IMG/VR virus record: IMGVR_UViG_3300008987_000001
Source of the DNA: a virus
Lineage: Duplodnaviria > Heunggongvirae > Uroviricota > Caudoviricetes
Reading direction: 5' to 3' (one strand)
DNA: 64,000 bases
The notes under the pieces: generated by a model
Database searches by the model: none
What the model was told of the DNA's origin: nothing
Seen by the model: only the letters and a program-made list of their open reading frames with translations
Part shown: piece after piece, positions 28,646 through 38,796 of the stretch
How the letters are laid out: the number at the start of each line of letters is the position of its first letter
How positions within the stretch are numbered: position 1 is the stretch's first letter
Translations under genes and position numbers: made by a program

Positions 28646-28706
28646 CTTGACAAAAAAGAAGGAAGAGAAGAAGATCCCTTCCATGCTAATTTGTCCTGGG
28701 GGTACC
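28646..28706 (-). ncRNA. Putative small RNA, family member 4
   Basis: Minus strand CCCTTTATATA, then GGTACCCCC 28 nt later, GGAAGGGATCTTCTTC, T-tract and TTTTGTCAAG. Overlaps the 3' end of a weak plus-strand ORF (28418..28732). Confidence 0.45.
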
Positions 28707-28761
28707 ATATGAAACAGTTTTCCACTATATAAAGGGAGTGTTTAATGTTATGATCTATTTA

Positions 28762-29019
28762 TTAGTCAACTAGATCGAATGTCCAGCCACATGATTTACA
28801 TCGTGCATACTTACCTTTCATGAACAATTCATCAACATAAAGGGTCTGGTACTCATAACATCCACAATTTGGACATTTAATAGCATCAAACACTTCATTA
28901 TCAATAAGTTCAGCCTCATCTATATCATAAGGCTCAACATAACAGATGTAATCCCAAACACTAAATAGAATCCATACTATTGTAAATCCAACAAGTATGC
29001 CAATTATAATACCAATCAT
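28762..29019 (-). CDS. Membrane-anchored Zn-ribbon protein
   Basis: N-terminal TM helix; CPNCG...CKSCG. Confidence 0.65.
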   Translation of the reverse strand: MIGIIIGILVGFTIVWILFSVWDYICYVEPYDIDEAELIDNEVFDAIKCPNCGCYEYQTLYVDELFMKGKYARCKSCGWTFDLVD

Positions 29020-29250
29020 ATGGTGATATTATACGAACACTTATATAAATGATATGCAAATAATAGATGTTATTTCTAAACTATCCATTGGGATGAACCA
29101 GATGGATAGCCCCACACATTTTCGCACCACATATAGTGATGTTACACTAATATATAGGGCGTATAATTGGATAAATCCATTGATATATTTAAAATGAGGT
29201 GGAAGTGAACAAACATAACAATTATATATGAGTAGAGCAAAATCAACCCT

Positions 29251-29790
29251 ATGGTGTTCATTCAATCCCAAGAATACGTTAATGCATTTGGGAAGCCATC
29301 AAAAAATGTGATCTGTTTGGAAGGACAAACCGATTATCGTATATCTCATAATCAGGAAACAGGCAAATATGATGTAACGATTGTGATGGGCGACTATGAC
29401 AAATATATATTTAGTGCAGATACCGAGGGAGATTGCACCAAAATACTTCAGAACATCTTTACACATCACTCACAGAAGGATCCAAGTACCATCTATGATG
29501 TAAATGCCTTTATGATTCCAACCATGGAGGAAGAAACCACTCTCGAAGAGATCGAAGAGATGATGATTAGTGTGCTTGAATTCCATGGATACAAGGGATT
29601 AGCAGAAGCATGGGAAGCCAAATTGGATGAAGTGTACATTGAGCAATCTGAACCCAATGGCACATCTCCACTAATGACAAATGAACGAGGGGAGATGTGT
29701 GTTGATAATATACAAGTGAATATGGTCACTCCACCAACACCCACTCTTACTGCACACACCACTGATCACAAATACATCCATTATAACTAG
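29251..29790 (+). CDS. Hypothetical protein (179 aa)
   Basis: ORF track; TATA about 25 nt upstream. Confidence 0.65.
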   Translation: MVFIQSQEYVNAFGKPSKNVICLEGQTDYRISHNQETGKYDVTIVMGDYDKYIFSADTEGDCTKILQNIFTHHSQKDPSTIYDVNAFMIPTMEEETTLEEIEEMMISVLEFHGYKGLAEAWEAKLDEVYIEQSEPNGTSPLMTNERGEMCVDNIQVNMVTPPTPTLTAHTTDHKYIHYN

Positions 29791-29798
29791 GTAACATT

Positions 29799-30395
29799 AT
29801 GCACACACCATTAGACGATATAGCCATAGAAGATGATGATTTCGCAATAAGAAAACACTTACATCGAGATGAATGCCCTATATGCAGGGCCGGTGCCTTT
29901 GGAATGAAATTTACCCGTGATTTCCACACCAGACCAGACGTACATGCTCGTGATTTAGCAGTCCATTTTAATATGACTGAAGAAGAGGTCATGGATCACA
30001 TAAATTGCCACGAATTAGTGGTATCTATACAACCAACCTCAACTGGGGAGATGAAAAAGAAGGTATCAAGTCCTGACTTTTACCTTGATGAAATAAGTAC
30101 ATTATATACAGCAATAAAAGACTGCTTTGAATACATCAATCAGGATAAAGACTCCTACGATAGTATCAAGATCCAACAACTCACCACCCTAACAAAGGAT
30201 CTCAAGGAATCATTGAAATTAATGGCAGAATTACAGGGACGATTAAAAGGTCCAGGTGATGCTCAGAATAAGGTATTAAAGGTTGAAGGTGACTTGAATT
30301 TAGTAATGGGGATTTTATCAGGTGGTACGTTGTGTCCTCATTGTGAGGAGAAGGTAATGAAAAAGCTTGAGAAGGTTGAACATCTCCTAGATTAA
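29799..30395 (+). CDS. Probable terminase small subunit
   Basis: Directly upstream of TerL; N-terminal CPIC...HTH...H..H; central helices; C-terminal CPHC. Confidence 0.6.
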   Translation: MHTPLDDIAIEDDDFAIRKHLHRDECPICRAGAFGMKFTRDFHTRPDVHARDLAVHFNMTEEEVMDHINCHELVVSIQPTSTGEMKKKVSSPDFYLDEISTLYTAIKDCFEYINQDKDSYDSIKIQQLTTLTKDLKESLKLMAELQGRLKGPGDAQNKVLKVEGDLNLVMGILSGGTLCPHCEEKVMKKLEKVEHLLD

Positions 30396-30431
30396 CTATA
30401 TAACTTTTTAAGGTCAATATGTATTGTATAT

Positions 30432-33218
30432 ATGTCATCTGAAAATCTTTCTCTAAAGGAACGGTTGGAGTTTGCAAAAACCGTAAGCCACGGAAGAAAG
30501 GATCCTGTATGGTTTTTGAAAGATATTATTGGTTGGACTTCTATTTTCCCTATGCAAGAGGAAATAGTTAGACGCTTCTATCAAAATAAGTACGATCCTT
30601 CCTTACAAAAGTATAAAAAGTTAATAGCAAGGTGTGGTCAGAGGTGTTTATCTGGCGATTCTCATGTATATACAAATCATGGATTAATACAAATTAAGGA
30701 TTTATATACAAATAATGACGATGTCCAAGTATATAATGGAAATGCTTGGGTATCACCATCTGAAGTGATATTTGCTGGTAAAAAATCATTATTTAAAATA
30801 ACTACTGAATATGGATTTTCTATAGAATGTAGCGAAGATCATAAATTTTATACATACAATGGTAGAAAACTTGAGTGGAAATCATTAAAAGATATTAAAA
30901 TAGGGGAAGATTGTTTACAAGTTGTAAAGGGGTTGCATTGTAGTGGAACTGATCAAATATCTGACAAAATGTGGAGAGATTTTAAAGCATTTACTAACCA
31001 AAATAAAACAAAATATATTCTACCTGACAAAATAACTCCGGAGTTAGCATCAGTAATGGGTATGTTAATTGCAGATGGTGATATTGCAAATAAAGGGAAA
31101 ATACGATTTACAAAGGGTGATAGAAGTTTAATAGATTTTTATGTAAATGGGATGAAGCATCAATTTAATTTAAATTGTAATGAGTATTATAAAGAAGGAA
31201 ATACTCAAAGTATTGAGATATATAGCGAAGTAGTAAGACATTTTTTATACTGTGTGGGATTGGACTTCACGATATCTTCAACTAAACATATTCCACATTG
31301 TATATTAAATGGTACAAAAGAAATACAAGTTGCATTTTTATCTGGATATTTTTCATGTGATGGGAATGTTCAAGAATCTAAATCTGGAAAATCAAAGAAA
31401 TGTAGAGTAACATCTACTACTGTATCAAAGCAATTAGCATTTGAATTACAGGGCATGTTGCTTGGGCTCGGAATAATTTCATCTATATCTATAAGCAAAT
31501 CTGTAGAATTTGGCAGTCGTATAAAGCGAGACAATGATGCATTTACATTAAATATATTTGGAAAGGAAATACTTGCATTCTATGATAATATAAAATTAAT
31601 TTCTACTACTAAACAAGAAAAATTTAACAGTGTATATCTATCTCAAAAAAGTAAACGAGTAAAAGGTAGATATTTACCCATCTGTAAAGATCTTTTACAT
31701 GAGTGTTTTGAATACCATTCTTCATTAAGACATATGTGGAAAAAAGATTCAAAGGAGTTTCTCATAGATAAGCATAAAGATTTGTATAATGGCGGTTCTG
31801 ATATAGTAGATCAGTTGATAAAAGAAGATAATATCTTTGTGATGGTCAAATCTATACAGGATCTTGATGCATGTATAGATATGTATGATCTTCATGTCCC
31901 AGAAGGTAATTGTTATGTTGCAAATGGATTTTTGACTCATAACAGTGGGAAGACAGTTCTAGGCTCAAAGATTGCTATTTATGAATTTTTTGAATTAGTG
32001 TCATTAGATAATCCTGCAGAATACTATGGACTGATTAAAAATCAGGAAATAGCAATAAATTGTATTGCTGCTGGCAAAGAACAGGCATTAGAAGGTATGT
32101 TTTCACTGATGCGAAATGATATAGAAGAGAATGAATGGTTCAATCAATGGTTTGATCTCAAGATAACTGAAGGGAAAATAACATGCGATAAGAAGCATGT
32201 TTATGCAAAGGTGGCCGCAGCACGCGCTGATTCGGGATCTGGTACTGGTACAACGTCCAAATTATCATTGCTTGACGAAGTGGACTTATTTCAACGAACA
32301 GACTCTAAAGTTGGTTCAGAAGTAGTTATATCAAAAGCACTCAATGCAACTAAAACACTTGGACTTGATGGTAAATTTGTAGCAATTAGTTCTACTCAAT
32401 TTACGGATGGTGCAATCACAAAACTATATATGGATGGTCAAAATGAGACAGATACTCTAGTATATAATTTACCCACATGGATTATGAATCCAAAATTTAC
32501 GAAAGAAACATTAATGGAAGAGTACAGATACAAAATGCACATGTTTTGGAGAGATTTTGCGAATCAACCAGAAGTATCTGGTGGTTTGATGTTTCCAAAT
32601 GGCGTTAAGTTTAATAAAAATATTCCAAATGTATTCTTCGCAGATGAACAAATCGTTGATGAATATGCTCAACATTATCACGTAATTTCGTTGGATCCAG
32701 CATTTAGGAACGATGCATTTGGAATAGCATGTGGTTATGTAGATGGTAATAATATTGTTATTGACGGTGCTAGGAAATATACAAAAGAACACGAAACAGA
32801 AGCATTTATAAAACCATCTGATATGGAAAATGAGATAGAGCGTTGGGTTGAAAGATTGAACGTAACTACATTGCTTTTTGATGCTGATATTATATTAAAC
32901 ATTGTTGAAAAAGCACAAGATCAATGGGGGATTACTACTATAAAAAATATAGTTGGTGAAAAAGAATATGGGATGTGGCTTAGTTTAAATGATGGAATTG
33001 GAGAATATAATCTCGACATTACTTATGATGAGTATGCAAAGAGAGAGGCGGAACAATTAGTAAAATCACAATTACCAAGTGGTAAAATACGGGTGGATCA
33101 CCCATTTTCAGGATCTAAAGATGTTGCAGACTCTATTTGTCAAACAATTTACTTTTTAAGCCAGAACAATACAGGCAATACTTGGAATCCTATTGGGCAT
33201 CTGGCAGCAATGCGATGA
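30432..33218 (+). CDS. terL: Terminase large subunit, intein-containing
   Basis: The spliced Walker A reads GQR|SGKT; Walker B LLDEVD; ISS coupling motif; RNase H-like SLDPA...D and terminal D.AD. Confidence 0.92.
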   Translation: MSSENLSLKERLEFAKTVSHGRKDPVWFLKDIIGWTSIFPMQEEIVRRFYQNKYDPSLQKYKKLIARCGQRCLSGDSHVYTNHGLIQIKDLYTNNDDVQVYNGNAWVSPSEVIFAGKKSLFKITTEYGFSIECSEDHKFYTYNGRKLEWKSLKDIKIGEDCLQVVKGLHCSGTDQISDKMWRDFKAFTNQNKTKYILPDKITPELASVMGMLIADGDIANKGKIRFTKGDRSLIDFYVNGMKHQFNLNCNEYYKEGNTQSIEIYSEVVRHFLYCVGLDFTISSTKHIPHCILNGTKEIQVAFLSGYFSCDGNVQESKSGKSKKCRVTSTTVSKQLAFELQGMLLGLGIISSISISKSVEFGSRIKRDNDAFTLNIFGKEILAFYDNIKLISTTKQEKFNSVYLSQKSKRVKGRYLPICKDLLHECFEYHSSLRHMWKKDSKEFLIDKHKDLYNGGSDIVDQLIKEDNIFVMVKSIQDLDACIDMYDLHVPEGNCYVANGFLTHNSGKTVLGSKIAIYEFFELVSLDNPAEYYGLIKNQEIAINCIAAGKEQALEGMFSLMRNDIEENEWFNQWFDLKITEGKITCDKKHVYAKVAAARADSGSGTGTTSKLSLLDEVDLFQRTDSKVGSEVVISKALNATKTLGLDGKFVAISSTQFTDGAITKLYMDGQNETDTLVYNLPTWIMNPKFTKETLMEEYRYKMHMFWRDFANQPEVSGGLMFPNGVKFNKNIPNVFFADEQIVDEYAQHYHVISLDPAFRNDAFGIACGYVDGNNIVIDGARKYTKEHETEAFIKPSDMENEIERWVERLNVTTLLFDADIILNIVEKAQDQWGITTIKNIVGEKEYGMWLSLNDGIGEYNLDITYDEYAKREAEQLVKSQLPSGKIRVDHPFSGSKDVADSICQTIYFLSQNNTGNTWNPIGHLAAMR
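30645..31943 (+). mobile_element. Intein (433 aa) with a LAGLIDADG homing endonuclease
   Basis: Begins CLSGDSHV and ends YVANGFLTHN, followed by Ser; LAGLIDADG motifs VMGMLIADG and FLSGYFSCDG. Confidence 0.95.
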
Positions 33219-33257
33219 TCCACATCATTATATAATGTAAATCCTGACAACCTCATA

Positions 33258-34850
33258 ATGTCTAATAAGCCCAGACCTAAAAAACGCACCACTCATCATT
33301 TTAGTGCTCCTGCTTCAAATAAACTTCCCACTCAAAATTTCACAAACCCTGCAGTGGCAGGTGCAGCAGCACAACAGTCAAATAATAGTGAGTTTGTCAA
33401 CTTTCTCAATGGAATAAGCAATTTCCACGAGATGACCCGTGATACCCTCGTTGAGCATCTATATACAACTGAACCAGAGATCGCCACTGCAGTTGATAGT
33501 TTTGCATTAATGGTAAGAAATGCCTTCCAATTTTTTGATATCGTCAATTATAATGAGATTGATAACATCCCAGACACCCTGACTATTGATGATGCGACCC
33601 TTGACTTCACCAAAGGCAAAGATCTGGCCAAAGAAATGATTGATGTTGCCAATGCTATAGGTCGTGAACAGGATATCAAATCATTATATGAACAGTATGC
33701 CGCCATACTCAAGTTACATGGTACCTTATTTTTACTTGTTAATGACAATGGGAGCCTTACCCAATTACCCAACGATCACGTTACTATCATCGATAATACT
33801 GATAGAATACAGGGCCTTGGATCTTATGGAAACACTGAATACGAAGACCTCATCACCGAAGCAAATTATCTGGTACTCGATGAAAACCTTAATACCCAGA
33901 GGATCTATCCACGGGGCAAGTTCATAATTGTAAAGTTCCATGACACCCCTATATACATTGAGGATTCCAAGGGACGAGTCACATACGGTATTTATGGAGT
34001 CTCACCATTACGCAGAGCAATCATTCCTGTGTGGTATAGGCGTATTGTGATGTCAAATGATGCACTTTGGAGATACAAAGCGGTCCCTCGTATGCTTCAT
34101 CAACTCGATGCCAGTTCATTTAACACATCTAATTTCACCGGGTCAGCACGTTTACGAATGGAACAGGCACAGTCAGCAGCATCTGCAGCAATTGAAGCAC
34201 ATAAAGCAGCAATGGAAGAGATTGTTCCAGATCAGTCCATTGTAACCCTTACTACCACTGATGTTAAGATGATCGAGCCATCAAGTGCAACCCATCTTGA
34301 AACCAATGCAGTAATTGATCAGATGACCGATAGCATATTTAGTGCCATTGGACTCCCACGATCCATTATTCAGGGCATGTCATCCTCTAATTACGCAGGA
34401 GAACTGGTAATATACTCTCATGCAAATGACAAGATTAGTCAGATTGCAAATAAAATCAGTCGTGCTGTTCTCATTGCAATGAAGCGTAAACTCATCAAGA
34501 TGAACCCGGAATATCCAATAGATCTCCTTGACATTAAAATAAGTTATGATTTATCCGCGAATGACTTGGAATCAGCCAAAATTGCCCAACTTATGGAATC
34601 CATGAATAAATTCACGGATGATGAAATTCGTGCCAAGATGAAATACAAACCGATGACTGATGAACAGCGTGAAGAAATCGAAAAACGTAAAGAATCAGAA
34701 AATAACGAATCAGCACTACTCAATAATGGTGGACAATTGGGCGCAACATCCGATGGCAAAGTGAATTACCCAACCACTGCCACCTCAAAAAACCAGCAAC
34801 CCACAGATGGTGCCCAATCAAAAATCAACGATGCATTGGGTTATGAATAA
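33258..34850 (+). CDS. Portal protein
   Basis: 530 aa, immediately after TerL; YGVSPL motif; helical content; low-complexity C-terminal tail. Confidence 0.8.
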   Translation: MSNKPRPKKRTTHHFSAPASNKLPTQNFTNPAVAGAAAQQSNNSEFVNFLNGISNFHEMTRDTLVEHLYTTEPEIATAVDSFALMVRNAFQFFDIVNYNEIDNIPDTLTIDDATLDFTKGKDLAKEMIDVANAIGREQDIKSLYEQYAAILKLHGTLFLLVNDNGSLTQLPNDHVTIIDNTDRIQGLGSYGNTEYEDLITEANYLVLDENLNTQRIYPRGKFIIVKFHDTPIYIEDSKGRVTYGIYGVSPLRRAIIPVWYRRIVMSNDALWRYKAVPRMLHQLDASSFNTSNFTGSARLRMEQAQSAASAAIEAHKAAMEEIVPDQSIVTLTTTDVKMIEPSSATHLETNAVIDQMTDSIFSAIGLPRSIIQGMSSSNYAGELVIYSHANDKISQIANKISRAVLIAMKRKLIKMNPEYPIDLLDIKISYDLSANDLESAKIAQLMESMNKFTDDEIRAKMKYKPMTDEQREEIEKRKESENNESALLNNGGQLGATSDGKVNYPTTATSKNQQPTDGAQSKINDALGYE

Positions 34851-35044
34851 TCATCCCCACTACCTTTATATATTGATAAATATTCCATGTTATTGCGACA
34901 TGACGGGTCGTGCGTAGCAAGATTCTCCGCCTTTTCCGAGTATTTAGTTACTCGCAGGGACAACTCTTCTCAAGCTAGTCTTGACAGTGGGTATGATAAG
35001 GCTGCTCCCCTATCATAACCTTTTGATAACGTGCACTTTCTCCA

Positions 35045-35063
35045 CCCCCTTTATATATGGTAA
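35045..35063 (+). promoter_or_regulatory. Late promoter motif CCCCCTTTATATATGGTAAA
   Basis: Recurs before many structural genes, with ATG about 33 nt after the TATA. Confidence 0.7.
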
Positions 35064-35082
35064 ATCACTTCCATTTTGGAGA

Positions 35083-36288
35083 ATGTCTAGCACTAAAGAG
35101 TTTTCATCCTATACGATTGAATCGCCCCTCGTAATGGTGGGTGAATTCAAGGATTCTAATGGTAGAAACCTCAAAATTACGCCTGAAGTAGCCAATGACA
35201 TTTACAAAAATCTGAATGGGACTGCACCGCTTAAAGATGTTCACATGGACGGATCTCCCATCGGTACAATTCAAAAATATGTGCTCAAGGATGATGGAAT
35301 TTATCAAAAATCTGTCATAACTGATGTACAACGATTTGAATCACGATATAAGGATGGTCACTTTTATATTAGTCCGGAAATCGATGTAGAGTCCGATGAA
35401 TCAGGAAATGTAACATCTGCGAAAGTAACAGGTGCAGCCTTGACGGCAAATCCAGGTATGATACAGGAAAAACCAATGATTACTCGTCATTATTTCGAAG
35501 CCCAAAGTGAATCCAATGATAACCAATCATGGACAGAGCCACTTGGTGAGTTGAAAAGCACAATAAACACTCTAAATGACACCCTTTCGACATTCGGAGA
35601 TAAGGTCAAAAGTATGAATAATACACCACAGCAAAGTGCCCCTGCACAGCCATCTGAACAGCCACCAGCAAGTGCAGAGAAATTAAACCTCTCGGTTGAT
35701 GATCTTGCGAAGCTTGTAAACGATGCAGTTGAGAAACGTGTCGCTTCCATGCAATCGCCTAAAACTCCTGAAGCAAGTGAAACCGCTAATGATGTTCAGC
35801 CAAATCCAGCACCGACTGATGAACTTGCCAAAAAGTACGCTGATATGATGGGAGAACTTGACAATCTCAAGAAAACCCAGGAAAAAGTGTACGTTAAGCA
35901 ACTCAACGCCATTGTAGCCGAGATGAAATCCCTAGGGATTGAACATCCGGAAAAGATGGCACCAGATGGTCTGTCAACTGAGCAGAAGATCACTATCCTT
36001 GAGTCAATCAAGGAGAACTTTGCAAAGAACTCTCCAATGTCGGCTCCGCTTCAGGAACCCCTTGCAGGATCATCCAGTGGAAATCCAAAGAAACCAAATG
36101 CACTCACCGTAGATGACGTATTAGTTCATTTCGACGATGTGTTTGGCTCAACTGATGGAAATGGAAGCATACGCAATGATCCTGAAATGAGACATAAACT
36201 TGGCAAATTATCAGATCCGGATCTGATGAGAAAATACAATATGAACGTGCTGTTTGACCAGAATGGCAACTATATTGGACCATTATAA
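35083..36288 (+). CDS. Prohead protease / scaffolding protein (likely start 35083)
   Basis: N-terminal protease-like motifs (DVH...IG, YISPE, GAALTANP) and a C-terminal P/Q/A-rich coiled-coil scaffold; late promoter 33 nt upstream of 35083. Confidence 0.75.
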   Translation: MSSTKEFSSYTIESPLVMVGEFKDSNGRNLKITPEVANDIYKNLNGTAPLKDVHMDGSPIGTIQKYVLKDDGIYQKSVITDVQRFESRYKDGHFYISPEIDVESDESGNVTSAKVTGAALTANPGMIQEKPMITRHYFEAQSESNDNQSWTEPLGELKSTINTLNDTLSTFGDKVKSMNNTPQQSAPAQPSEQPPASAEKLNLSVDDLAKLVNDAVEKRVASMQSPKTPEASETANDVQPNPAPTDELAKKYADMMGELDNLKKTQEKVYVKQLNAIVAEMKSLGIEHPEKMAPDGLSTEQKITILESIKENFAKNSPMSAPLQEPLAGSSSGNPKKPNALTVDDVLVHFDDVFGSTDGNGSIRNDPEMRHKLGKLSDPDLMRKYNMNVLFDQNGNYIGPL

Positions 36289-36295
36289 AAAGTAA

Positions 36296-36880
36296 GTGAT
36301 TAAAATGAAGATTCCGAACATCCTTGGTATCGGTTTCCGTGTTGTCTCTAAAAATGGAGAACAGCAGGAAGCAAACAAGATTACCAATATGACCTATGCA
36401 ACCCCGTATCAGATTGCATACGAGGGACTGCTCCTTGAGACCGATAAACTCTCAAGTGCATATGATGCAGATGCGACCCCAACACAGTGTGTGGCAACCC
36501 CTGCGGCAGATGGAGAATACATTGACGGCTGGGCATACATCAGTACCTACGCACCACATCCGCTTCCGGGTGGATCAAACGTTCTCTATCCACTCACTGC
36601 AAATGTCGGTGATTCTGGATATGCAGAGGACTATGCAAACTGGGCAAATGTTACCGTAGCACCCCTGATTCCGGGACAGCTTATTGGTATACCAGTATAT
36701 GCAGCAGAAAACATGGCTTATGCCAATGAAGTTGCCGCAGCAACCGGTGGATACTGTAAGGTAGCCGCATCTGGCGAGTGGGTCATTGGTAAAGTTGAAT
36801 GGGCCGCAGATAACTCCGCTGGAGCATCAGGTGCAAAGACCGCTTCTGTACGTGTCTGTCACCAGTATAAGAAAGCCTGA
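36296..36880 (+). CDS. Head decoration/cement protein candidate
   Basis: Between scaffold and MCP; Ala/Gly-rich beta-type sequence. Confidence 0.55.
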   Translation: MIKMKIPNILGIGFRVVSKNGEQQEANKITNMTYATPYQIAYEGLLLETDKLSSAYDADATPTQCVATPAADGEYIDGWAYISTYAPHPLPGGSNVLYPLTANVGDSGYAEDYANWANVTVAPLIPGQLIGIPVYAAENMAYANEVAAATGGYCKVAASGEWVIGKVEWAADNSAGASGAKTASVRVCHQYKKA

Positions 36881-36890
36881 GGTGAATTAA

Positions 36891-37841
36891 ATGGTAGATA
36901 AACATATTATAGGAACCAATGTATCTGTTGGCGATGGTGTTCTTAAAGCAGGTACCCTCAGTTTAACTCAGCTCATTGACCTCACCTCATACGAGCAGAT
37001 GGAGTTTTACGGAGCCGCATCTTTCAAAAACGTTAATACCCTTGACGTTCATCGTGAATTCACGAAACGCTACACTGGTGGTGTATTCGATTCATCTGAA
37101 GGTGGATTCGTACCATACAGCACCGACGATGTATTCGAGAAATACATTCATCTGACTAAATCACGGTTTGCAACAAAGCTCACTGATGAGTCCAAGATTC
37201 GTCGGGACATGCCTTTCCAGATGAACAGTGCTCTCAACCGTGCTGCAGAAACCTTCGCAAACAAGCGTGATCTTGATATTCTCGCAGCAGTCAAGAACGG
37301 ATATGGTGTAACCAAGGCAGCAAGTGCCCTATGGAGTGCAGCCGGTGCAGATCCTCTCGGTGATCTCGGTGGACTCTTTGATGAACTCTTCAGCAAAGAT
37401 GATGTCAGTGTTCGTGAAGACGATATCAATAACATGATCATCTATTACCCGCTGAAGCTTTACTCACAGATCCGTGAACCAGCACGCCTTATGTCTGCAA
37501 CCTCACAGGTCGCAAGCCGTATTCAGGTCAATACAACTGACATGGAATGGTCTAACCAGACTTACGGAGTTACATGGGTAGGCAGCACCAAGCTCAACTA
37601 TCTTGGTAATGCATATGCAGTTATTCCAACCCCTGACAAGACCCTTGATCACTACACCTATGTAGGTTCAGATATTCCTGGCGTTGAGCGTACCCGTGAT
37701 GTCTACAGTGGTTCTGAAATGATGGTCCATACCAAGTACTTCGGTTCCATGGTAATTCCAGAAGCGGAAGACCTCCTTACCAGCAACTACCGTATCATGC
37801 GGATCAGTGGTGTCTGTTCAGCAAGCACCTTCACTCCCTGA
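36891..37841 (+). CDS. Major capsid protein (HK97 fold)
   Basis: 316 aa; position; LN.AAE.FA..RD..IL.A motif; strongly biased codon usage of a highly expressed gene. Confidence 0.8.
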   Translation: MVDKHIIGTNVSVGDGVLKAGTLSLTQLIDLTSYEQMEFYGAASFKNVNTLDVHREFTKRYTGGVFDSSEGGFVPYSTDDVFEKYIHLTKSRFATKLTDESKIRRDMPFQMNSALNRAAETFANKRDLDILAAVKNGYGVTKAASALWSAAGADPLGDLGGLFDELFSKDDVSVREDDINNMIIYYPLKLYSQIREPARLMSATSQVASRIQVNTTDMEWSNQTYGVTWVGSTKLNYLGNAYAVIPTPDKTLDHYTYVGSDIPGVERTRDVYSGSEMMVHTKYFGSMVIPEAEDLLTSNYRIMRISGVCSASTFTP

Positions 37842-37856
37842 TAACCCCCTTTTTTA

Positions 37857-38714
37857 TTATCTATAGCACGTAAGATCTTCCAATTTACGTTGATAGAACT
37901 CAAATATATTACGTGGCATACTGTTAAAATGTTTACGTGCTTCCTCATTAACATATTTTGCTACTTTAGGCATTGCCATCTTAACATCTTTGAACTGTTC
38001 AATTCCAAGATCGGCTAAAACTTTATCAATTGCACCATAAACTTCACTATCTGGTAATACAGGTAATTGAATGGCCCCATCTTTTATATCACGTGGTATT
38101 TTATCCAATTTGACAGTATCATGCTTTTCTTTAACTGCCAACATCCCAAATGAATAACTTGGATTATACGATTTTATGACAAATCCTTCAATTTCTGGAT
38201 GATCATTTAACATCTGATCTCGATATTCATACAATTCATCCAATTGAGTATGTCTCGTAATAACTTCAACTTCAATGCACTCAATGTTAAAATGATGACA
38301 CTGCTGATGTAATACTATATGTGGTGTAAATTGCCCAGTTTTTGTTGTATATAAGTCAAATGCAACAAATCTAGCATCGTCATAGTGAGCAATTCTTGTA
38401 GGTGACTTGCCCTTTGACATTAATTCACCAAATAATACATATTCACTTCCCCAATTTGAGGTATCTTCCAACAGATCCTTCACATTATCAAGTAACCCAT
38501 CTATACCTGCAGCAGTTGCTAGCATATCAGGTGATGCTAATGGTAAGTTGCGGGATCCCATGCATAAATTATGTTCACTATCAAGATAAAATCGAACATT
38601 AGAACCATCCCACTTTGGTTGCCATAATAGTTCTTCGCCTAATATCATACCCGGTCCAGGATATAACATCGCAATTCGATTCAAATGTGGGTATTTAAGT
38701 TCTGATAACTCCAT
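37857..38714 (-). CDS. ATP-dependent RNA ligase (Rnl2-like nucleotidyltransferase)
   Basis: Motif I PKWDGSN, III LFGEL, IIIa FVAFDL, IV EGFVIK, V AVKEK; helical C-terminal domain; no OB-fold. Confidence 0.8.
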   Translation of the reverse strand: MELSELKYPHLNRIAMLYPGPGMILGEELLWQPKWDGSNVRFYLDSEHNLCMGSRNLPLASPDMLATAAGIDGLLDNVKDLLEDTSNWGSEYVLFGELMSKGKSPTRIAHYDDARFVAFDLYTTKTGQFTPHIVLHQQCHHFNIECIEVEVITRHTQLDELYEYRDQMLNDHPEIEGFVIKSYNPSYSFGMLAVKEKHDTVKLDKIPRDIKDGAIQLPVLPDSEVYGAIDKVLADLGIEQFKDVKMAMPKVAKYVNEEARKHFNSMPRNIFEFYQRKLEDLTCYR

Positions 38715-38763
38715 AATATAATATATATTTTACATCTATATATATTTAATCACCTACAGCATA

Positions 38764-38782
38764 CCCTTTATATATTGTCAAG
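38764..38782 (+). promoter_or_regulatory. Late promoter motif CCCTTTATATATTGTCAAG
   Basis: 30 nt upstream of ATG 38797. Confidence 0.7.
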
Positions 38783-38796
38783 AGGGACGCGATTCC

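Noticed and set aside
34981-35082. N-terminal extension of the protease/scaffold ORF from TTG 34981
   Set aside because: It spans the late promoter motif at 35045; ATG 35083 fits the 30-33-nt TATA-to-ATG rule.
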